64,000 nt of DNA from Tubiluchus corallicola. Its lineage: Eukaryota; Animalia; Priapulida. The notes under the pieces are model-generated. The model was not told the DNA's origin, searched no databases, and saw only the letters and a list, made by a program, of their open reading frames with translations. The stretch covers positions 62,001-126,000 of the forward strand of contig JAQGDQ010000413.1 in the NCBI GenBank assembly GCA_030141605.1, written 5' to 3'. How positions within the stretch are numbered: position 1 is the first letter of the stretch; each line of letters opens with the position of its first letter. This document shows positions 54,504 to 64,000 of the stretch, piece after piece. A program made the position numbers and the translations under genes.

Positions 54504-54845
54504 CTCAGGTCTCTGTATTCCGGTTTCACCAACATTACACATAAGATGGTATCGGTTAGTTAGTAATCAGTAAATATAATAAAAATGTGGAGCGAACGCA
54601 TGAATGAACGACAAACAAACAAATATAGGACTGGGTGGATAAGTGTAAAAATAAAATAATAATGCAAAAAAATAATGTGTGGACAAAAGAAAGTCAATGA
54701 ATTGAATAGACAGACAATCCACTAACGAAGGAATAAAATGCATTGATAGAATGAATTAATGTTATAAAACGAACGAATAATGTTATAAAACGACCGAGAA
54801 AAAAGAATTGCAAATGAAGAAGTCAATAATTTTTATTTATTGCAG

Positions 54846-55388
54846 GTGGAAAAGATAGTCAAGACCATCGGACTGTACCTGGGGCAACCAGCACATCTCA
54901 GCTTACAGTTCCACATGTAAACTCACCAAAAATTCCTACTCAGCAAGCACCATCATCTCAGCCATCAAAGGGCACTAGTCTAAGTCAAAGCGGAGACGTT
55001 TCAAAACCAAAAATCTGGTCGCTGGCCGACATAGCCACATCGGACAGTCCTCCCAGCAATCGCAGGGTGTTGCCCAGCCAGGTGACCCAACCGTCCTTGC
55101 AATCTCGACTCGCACAAAGCAGTTTCCTCATACCGGGAAGTCGACATTGGCCGGATGCCCGATCATTCCTGCAGCAGAGTTATCCCGTACCAGGTGTGGC
55201 ACCTGTAAGCTCAGTTCAAGGTAGAGTACCTGCACCAACTCCAGTGATACCAGCCATGATGTCGCCTCCCACGCCGCACAAGATCCGGTTGTCGACGTCG
55301 GCGAACCAGATCCTCCGGAGGACAGAAGTCATCTACTCGCGACCGAGCATCAGTCCGTCCACAGACAGTTCTTCATCATGTTCTACCG
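54846..55388 (+). CDS. Irx: Iroquois homeobox gene, exon 5 containing the IRO box (KPKIWSLADIATS, 55004-55042)
   Basis: Acceptor TTATTGCAG| in phase 1, an open S/P/Q-rich frame with a canonical IRO box, and donor G|GTTAGT at 55389. If unspliced, the frame stops at TAG 55391-55393. Confidence 0.93.
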
Positions 55389-55516
55389 GTTAGTATCAAC
55401 ATTTTTAATATCTTTAGCATTATAGTTATTCAACAGATAGAAAATCAAAATGTCAGAAACAGAAAATGTTAGAAACAAAAGACTATAATTATAAAACAGA
55501 ATGTTGCCTTCAAAGA

Positions 55517-56130
55517 AACTGAACACTGAACACTGAATTTTAAAGTCATGAAAGGAAATGAACACTGAACACTGAATTTCAAAGTCATGAAAGGAAATGA
55601 ACACTGAATTTCAAAGTCATGAAAGAAAATGAACACTGAACACTGAATTTCAAGGTCATGACAGGAAATGAACACTGAACACTGAATTTCATAGTCATGA
55701 AAGGAAATGAACACTGAATTTCAAAGTCATGAAAGGAAATGAACACTGAACACTGAATTTCAAAGTCATGAAAGGAAATGAACACTGAACACTGAATTTC
55801 AAAGTCATGAAAGGAAATGAACACTGAACACTGAATTTCAAGGTCATGAAAGGAAATGAACAGTGAACACTGAATTTCAAGGTCATGAAAGGAAATGAAC
55901 AGTGAACACTGAATTTCAAGGTCATGAAAGGAAATGAACGCTGAATTTCAAGGTCATGAAAGGAAATGAACACTGAATTTCAAGGTCATGAAAGGAAATG
56001 AACACTGAACACTGAATTTCAAAGTCATAAAAGGAAATGAACACTGAACACTGAATTTCAAAGTCATGAAAGAAAATGAACACTGAACACTGAATTTCAA
56101 AGTCATGAAAGAAAATGAACACTGAATACT
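55517..56130. repeat. 39-bp/32-bp minisatellite (GAACACTGAACACTGAATTTCAAAGTCATGAAAGGAAAT)n, about 16-17 copies
   Basis: Periodicity read directly. The 32-bp variant lacks one GAACACT heptamer. Confidence 0.95.
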
Positions 56131-58194
56131 TAACTTTTGAGACTAAACGTTACTAAAAGGAACACTATGTGATAAAGTTCTTACGTTTCACAGTTTCTGT
56201 TTTGCCAATAATAATAATAAACTTCAATAATATGGGATTCAGTTTCACCGGGAATCCTGAAATTAAGACCATGGCCCAAGTGAAAGGACGTAAAGCAATA
56301 AAAATTTGGCGATACGATGCCTTGCTATTTTCCGACAATACGATAACGATAAACTACTTCTTAGATGATAAAATAGGATAAATTATTTCATAAAATATAC
56401 TAAAGTTACACAATTTGTTAAAATTATTAAGTGTTTCTCTGCATTAGGTGCTGTATGGTATTAATTAATGTTAATTATTGCTTAATTATATTGATTGTAT
56501 CCTCACACCAGCAATAAAATGGCTTTAACACTATCACTGTGATATAATTTTGGCAAAAATATAAAAATCACGTGACATATTGTTGTAGTTCCAAAACTTT
56601 GTAACTGTCAATTAGCAACGACTCCATTGACTTTCGATTTGATGATGTCTCGCTTTCTTAATTTACAAAGCTTGTAGGCTGCCAAGTACCTGAAATAGTT
56701 CAGGATGTCTGGTCACAGTCAGATTGCATAATATGGATGTTTTAATGTAGGAAAATCTGAGGCACCATCATGATGCACAGAAGAAGTTTAAATTTTACGC
56801 TTAGATGAATAACGTTAGAAAAACTACTCCAGGTGCATTATTAATTAGCTACAAAATATTTCAATTAACAAGAAAATTTCACATTTGTAATCACCCACCA
56901 CAGTCAGGTGTAAATTAAGTGAAGAAGATTTTTTACTCATTCGGTTATTATCTAAGTTAACCCCGTGGCAGGACAGATTAGAAATTTTGTCGAAAAAGGC
57001 GAAATCAAATATCTGCCACCCAAGATGCAAAGGAAGCGAGGCGAATCAGGTCTCATCCGCTCAGCAACAAACTTCACGACAGGTGGGGAATGTGTGCATT
57101 TCACCTAGATCAGCTCTTCCCAGGCGGATTTCTTGTAAACGATTCACAAGAGAAGGTTGAACGAAAGGAGAATTTTCAAGAAAATTCACGAAAAAAAGTA
57201 AAATTTCGCCAGCTCGCTCCATGATGGTTAAGCTTTATGATGTTATCTGTAATTTAAATTATTTCTTATAATGAACTTACGTACCCGTGTTTACATCTGC
57301 CAGTGTGGACGGCCGTCGTGGGGAGCGAGTTATTTAACGAAGTAGTTATTTTAGCTTTTTAACTCTTTAGTTGTGAAGCTTTGCGTGTGGGGTAGATAAT
57401 GCGACCGGTAATTGTTTGGCGCACGAAAAATAGTAAGAGGGTTAGCTTGAAATCGTTTAGCGCAGCGCGTTTAGAAGATTACCGGTATTGTTTGCTTTGA
57501 TAAGTCTGCCGCTTTTCGGTAAACAAGTATAAGTTCGTTTAAACTGCGTGTGACAGCTTAGGCATTTTACCAGGGAATCCTACTGCTTCCAAACAAAACA
57601 CTGAATGGTAATAACTACAGAATTAATTGAAGCTCAAATTTTTACAGCTGCTTTGAAAAAGTGTTTGTATCTTGCTACCTTGTCAAGAGCATTCATCCGT
57701 GAATCTGAAAAATCCCGCATTATCTTAATCATTTAGGTGTCGTGAAGTTTTAAGTGAGTAAGAGGATATTCTTAGCTAATCTAATTCCAAAGTAAACAAT
57801 AGACGTGTACGAGCATCTACCCAATTTAGAGCTTTGACATACATATAATTATATCGTTTATATGTCAGCGTTTCTAAGGCAACTCTTGCTGCCGTTTTCG
57901 TTTCCATTTCTGATGTCCATTTTCTTTTTCTCTTTCTTCTTACCCTCACGTGAAGATAAGTTTTAAGTGTTGAGGTCAGCAGAATTCAGGAATCTAAATT
58001 GTCCATAAAATGGAATAAAACAAAGTGGCACATACAACGAATTTTGCTGCAATTTTTTTTATACATCTTTCCATCGATTACAATTTATTTCTCAGTTCTC
58101 TCTCCTCTCCTCTTTCCCCCTTCTCACTCACTCTTGCCTGCTCTTTCCCCATCTCTTTGTCTTTGTCCACTCTCCCTTTCTGTCTTCCATCTTT

Positions 58195-58342
58195 CTCTCT
58201 GTCTCTTCTTTCTTCTCCCTCTCTGCGTTTCTGCCTATGTGTGCCTCTGTCTCCGCGCTGTCACTCCCTCTCTTCCTCTCTGTCTCTTCTTTCTTCCCCC
58301 TCTCTGCGTTTCTGCCTATGTGTGCCTCTGTGTCCGCGCTGT
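58195..58342. repeat. 81-bp pyrimidine-rich tandem duplication
   Basis: Two copies within a CT-rich tract, visible as a 27-aa repeat in the track ORF. Confidence 0.85.
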
Positions 58343-58831
58343 TACTCCCTCTCTTCCTCTGCTACTAAATCAGCTAATCACAATAATGAGTAAAATCTCG
58401 GGTTGCTGGTGTTTAGTCTCTTTAATGGCTGTCATTTAGTAGTCCTGCTATATGGTAATTATCCTGTTAGATTCGCATGGCCCACATCCGATGCCTCGGT
58501 ACAGTCGCTTTATGTATAGAAACAATCTTTTTACAAATTTTTATTAAACCTGATAAACAATCACTATTTTTTGTGAAATACCTTGGCCTAAATTTAATTT
58601 TTAATGAGACTCACTTAACGCGAAATATACGAACGTTCGTGTGTAATTGTTGCTAATCCAACGAAAGACTATTACACTGTTGAATTAAAAATGTTTTCCC
58701 GCATCAATGCTCGGGTTTATTTAGTCTAATTTGTTTAAAAATGCTGACAGCTCTATTATAAATGTAAAATCTAATGTCAGTTTTTCTTGTCAGTTTTTCC
58801 GAATAAAGAATTTAAAGTGGCATTTAAAAAT

Positions 58832-59370
58832 ATTCCTACTCTACGTATGTATATATTATTACTGTAATATATATATTAGATATTATATCTGTGTATATAT
58901 TACAGATATGAAGCAGCATTAAAGAAGCAGCTAGGGTTGTGATTATAGAAAATAGACATACATAGATTCCTACTGTGTGTATGTATATATTATTACTGCA
59001 ATATATATATTAGATATTATATCTGTATGTATATATATATTACAGTTATGAAGCAGCATTAAAAAAGCAGCTAGGGTTGTGATTATAGAAAATAGACATA
59101 CATAGATTCCTACTGTACGTATGTATATATCATTACTGTAATATATATATTAGATATTATATCTGTATGTATATATTACAGATATGAAACAGCGTTAAAA
59201 AAGCAACGAGGGCTGTGATTATAGAAAATAGACATACATAGATTCCTACTGTGTGTATGTATATATTATTACTGCAATATATATATTAGATATTATATCT
59301 GTATGTATATGTTACAGATACGAAACAGCAATTAAAAAGCAGCGAGGGTTGTGATTATAGAAAATAGACA
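58832..59370. repeat. Tandem repeat of about 136 bp, 4 copies
   Basis: ATTCCTACT starts at 58832, 58966, 59106 and 59242. Length variation comes from internal (TA)n. Confidence 0.93.
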
Positions 59371-60153
59371 CTTTAGAATGCAAATTAGATATTAGCAGTA
59401 CTAAGTATAATTATTTTGAAATTTTAGGTTTATTTTTGGACGCTATTCGTTACAAATTCGCAAAAAATAGTAAATAAATAGCAACAAAGTCAAGGAATAT
59501 ATTGAACAGGGTCCCAGAATTTGTGATTTTTTTATTTAAAGCATGTCTAATGCTGGCTGTCCCACTCCTAGCTTCTGTTCTCATCCAACGTACACTTCAT
59601 GCAATGAACAACGAGATTGATAGTACGCACATTCCTTTGGGTGCCTAGTAGGCCTACAGCGCCTATTTACACAGTCATTCATAAAGACATTAAAAACTTT
59701 ACAGATTTCACTTACTGGTAGTATCATGTTACAACTTACAAATTGTGAATGCTACTCGCGACGAATGTTTTACTGAATCCCACATAAAAAGCGTACAATT
59801 AAAGTTCTAACGTTATAAACATTCGCACGAACAAAGCACCCATAAACCTTATGGCCACTGCAAGATTAAACCAATGCTAAGATGGCGCCTGAACGGGTGA
59901 TATCACAATTAATCCAGACGGTAGGAATTGTTCTCGTGTCGAATAGTTGTTTAGTCATTTATGTTCCCTTTGCAGTTTTATTGTCCAGTCAAAACGTGCG
60001 TATTTAAGTTCTTATAAATGACACCGTAAGAAATGTCAAGGTCATGCAAGGTCATGTTCACATAAATAATAAAAATTTTATCGTTTAGCTATGTACTGAT
60101 GTTTGTGATGACGACATATCGGTTGATGATCAATCTGATTCTCTTGAAATGGT

Positions 60154-60467
<314 letters not shown>

Positions 60468-61078
60468 GGCTGGGGTAACAGGAACTGCAGAACAAAAACT
60501 CCATTAATCCTTATAGGAACTAAGATAAATATTCAATAAATCCATATCTGTAAATGATATTGCATTATCAGTTGATATTTCGTCTACCTGTCTAGATCTG
60601 TCAGTATCGAATTGGTTTGTCGCGTAAGTCAGTAAGTAAGTCATTTATTTCACATTACACATTTACAATAGTTTCATGTACAATATCTAGTGAAAGGGCC
60701 TACAATGAACGTAATACAAATAAGAAATACTGCACAGGAAAAGCCTCAAACACTGTTCACCTATACGCGAAGGTAAATGTGTTACGGGCAATCAGAAAGC
60801 AGGGCTTGTTAGATTGTCCCACACAGTGATAGAAAAAAAAGTAATGGAGATAATCTTAAATTTTAAAGTGAATGGTGATAAAAAAACATTAGTGGTTAAA
60901 ATGGAATGATGTAATGAATGAAGCTCATATATGGGATGATATAAAAGATAGAAAGACTATTATATGTTAATAGTATGTAAAATTAAAATAATTTGATTAA
61001 GCTAACGTAATCTTACAAGTGCATCTGATTTTTTTATCAGCTAATTATCAAATTAATTGATGAGTTAATTTTTTGCAG

Positions 61079-61230
61079 GTGAAAAAGAACCTCAATCGGA
61101 ATTATCTCGCGTACAAGCCAGCTGCAAAGCTTCTGTGCATGCAAAAAGGTGTGTAAGAAATTTAAATGCTTTCGGCACCTCATTTCGTGTGTTCAAGGCA
61201 GTCACCACCACTGATATGTTGCCCAGTTAG
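61079..61230 (+). CDS. Irx: Probable terminal coding exon 6 of Irx (G-EKEPQSELSRVQASCKASVHAKRCVRNLNAFGTSFRVFKAVTTTDMLPS*)
   Basis: Strong acceptor TTTTTTTGCAG|GT, phase 1 matching the exon 5 donor, open to TAG at 61230, AATAAA downstream. There is no conserved motif, so this is less certain. Internal GT donors near 61149 and 61153 are possible. Confidence 0.6.
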
Positions 61231-61392
61231 TTTGCCTATCGCATTATTGCACTGGATTCTGACATAAAATACCTGAACTGTGTCTCAAGTGCAGGTGTCA
61301 TTAAAGACAAACAACAAAAAAAGACACAAACCCAGATAACTTCTTGCATGTAACGTGAAATGAAGCAAAATGCTTCCTAAGTGACTGCAACT

Positions 61393-61510
61393 AATAAAAA
61401 AGAGGAGTATTTGTGAGCGTATACATCGCTTTATTAGCTAAAACTGTTTTTGTAACAACACTAGGCACATTTCCATTGAAGTTGACACACTTTGAGCCGT
61501 AAATAATAAA
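61393..61510 (+). terminator. Candidate polyadenylation signals of Irx
   Basis: AATAAA at 61393-61398 and 61505-61510, downstream of the putative stop. The motif is common in AT-rich DNA. Confidence 0.3.
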
Positions 61511-64000
61511 TTTATACTTGTTCTGCTAAACTGGTTGTATGAGATTCTTAACAAAAGACAGTATCGTTTCAATTTAGGAACATTTCTGCACAGACTCACA
61601 GACTGCTGTAGTAATTAAGTTGATATCACTAGTTAAGATATAAACCCAGGGTTAAAGGCCATGTTACGAAATCTTCTTCATTAGTTTTCATAATTCGCAA
61701 CTGCTTATAAGTCGAGTTTTTCTCACGGGTTTATTATCTGTGGAATTCTGTATCAGATTGTTTCCTTGAAAACTGAAAGCTCACTCGATTCAAAAAGAAC
61801 ATCAACAAAAACTTTTTGTAAATTAGTTGTAAGAAATCTATTTTTACAATCTAAAATACATGGAAAATGCAGCCTCTAGAACTCAACATGGTGTTTATTA
61901 AGCACAGACGTTCGTTTCGAGAGAAATTGTCTTTATCAGTGCTAGAAACCAAACTAAAATTAATAATCAATGCATTTATGACACTACAAGCCAAGGTACA
62001 AATATTATTACAAAATCAAAAGAATAAAATTTTAATTGTATTTGAATTTGTACTTAAATTTCACTCTTTTGATCTGTAATGATATTTTGTACCTATGTGC
62101 AATAACTATTTGATTTTGGCCAGATTTCTAGCATTGATAATGGCAGTTGTTGTTGAAACGACGGTCTGCATGTCTTAAATAAACACCACGCAGAAATCTA
62201 TTTCTCTGAACATTTATTCATACTCTCATTTTATAGCCTTTCACCTTCAGAGGCCTACTGATATACAAAAATCAGTTTTATCAACGTTAAAATGCACAGC
62301 TGGTCATGCCTCACTATACTAGTTGTTCTTTATACTGTACTAATTTACAGCCACTCTTTTAATACACTTGTAAATTAATTATTTACACCAACACTCATTT
62401 GTTTTAGCACATCAGTCAGCTTACATATGTTGTAGGTTATAAATACTGCAAAAGTTAACATCACGACACATGTAAAGCAAAACCAGAACCAAGGCAATTT
62501 TTCTCTAATGGTACCAGCTAATTGAAGCCAGAAATTAACCTGTTAATTATTCCTTATACCTGCAGGGCTGATCCAGGCTTATGTAGCCATGTAGAAATAA
62601 CTGTATGTAGTAAAAAATCTGTTTTTTCTTGAAATAAGGATTTGTTCAACTGTAGTTCACTAGTTTACAAACTTAGCAACTTCTATATTCTATGTGAATT
62701 CAGAATTTTCTCAAACGGTAGGTTTCTTCAAATTCTAGAACACTTTGCTCCTCTGGCTCACGGTAATGTAATAACTCACAAGTGTACAACCAAGTCATCT
62801 GTAGTAAGTGTAGCTATGGCACTAATGGTGTCTACTGTGGGTCTACTGCTAGGACATGTCCAGTAAAACCTTCCGTGTAACCTAAGTAACGTAATTAGCT
62901 CTACGTAATTGCTTTGTTTCTTAAATAGAGTTAATTGCCGTATATTTGTAAAGCAACCCTAGCAGTTACAGTGTGAACAACCCTTCTTACTGCTACGGGT
63001 TCATGTACATACAGTATGTCATATATTTGGTGTTTAAACACACAAGAACACAAAGTTATTAAGCATGCAGTAAGTCACGTCGCCTTACAGCAATGGAAAA
63101 CTTATGATATTTTCTTTTCTTGCATTTTGTTATTTGATTAAATAATTAAACCTACTTCAAAATCGTTCTGCAGGATTACCGAGTATCAAGTCATGCTTCT
63201 CACAAAAAATACTTGTCGTGTTATTTCACTAATAAGAAATTATTTTGTTGGTGAGATACCAGATGAAAATTTTTTACTATGTTGCATTTAAATGAAATAA
63301 TATCTCACCCACATTAACACTTTGGAATTAACTGACAAGCTTAACGTTAAAGGCATAATTGTATCCATTACACATTATCCCGTGTCACGGGAACATCTCG
63401 GGACTATAGTAAACTTTATCATACACAAAAAGTCCAGATTTTTATCATCTGTGTGGTTAAGTATTATTACTCCACAAGATTTCCCAAGATGCTTTTGGCT
63501 CACATGCATGCAGGCAGCGTACGTGGTTTCCCTCTCCTGATGATTTTTTGCAGAAGAAGAGAAGCCAACTTGTCAGGCAACTTCATTACAAGAATTCCAT
63601 TTCAGTTGATGCATTATTTATTGAATCTAATTTAATTCTCATCCTTTTCATTAACTAATGATATATTACATTGAACAGTAGTGTAAGCCATGTCATTAGA
63701 GTTTATTAATTTTCCTAGGCGTTAACAGGAGTGGATGCAAATAAGTGCCTGGAAGTTTAATTTCTTTAAGTGTGCAACATTACATGGCCTTTACCTTCTT
63801 AGAATACATTACATCGTGTACTGCAAACAACGGTCGTTAATAAATAAACGCATTAGAATAAATAAGTCGTAAATCATTGTCATCTTGTAGTCGGTTATAA
63901 AGTTGAAATGTTGAATAAAAACGTGGAAATTGAGACGCAGAGGTTATCCATTAATCTGCACATGTGACGTCACGGAAGCAAAGTTTGCTTCTGAGTTCGT

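Overview
This is AT-rich animal genomic DNA, most likely from an invertebrate bilaterian (inferred from the gene content and repeat types). The only well-supported gene is an intron-containing Iroquois-family TALE homeobox gene (Irx) on the + strand. Its coding exons are 33477-33536, 34410-34649, 38911-39014, 43542-43870 (homeodomain), 54846-55388 (IRO box) and a probable last exon 61079-61230. All junctions are GT-AG and phase-compatible, giving 1428 nt and 475 aa. The roughly 33 kb upstream shows no recognisable gene, as expected for an Irx regulatory desert. The rest is microsatellites, minisatellites and small mobile-element relics: hAT MITEs with 8-bp TSDs, a non-autonomous Helitron, a TIR element carrying a 60-bp satellite, two tRNA-derived SINEs, RTE and CR1/L2 LINE fragments and an LTR/PBS remnant. 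Most ORFs in the supplied track are translations of these repeats. I found no convincing evidence of a wholly new biological system. The best leads are a possible alternative Irx C-terminus, modular SINEs and repeat-carrying elements, and candidate enhancers.
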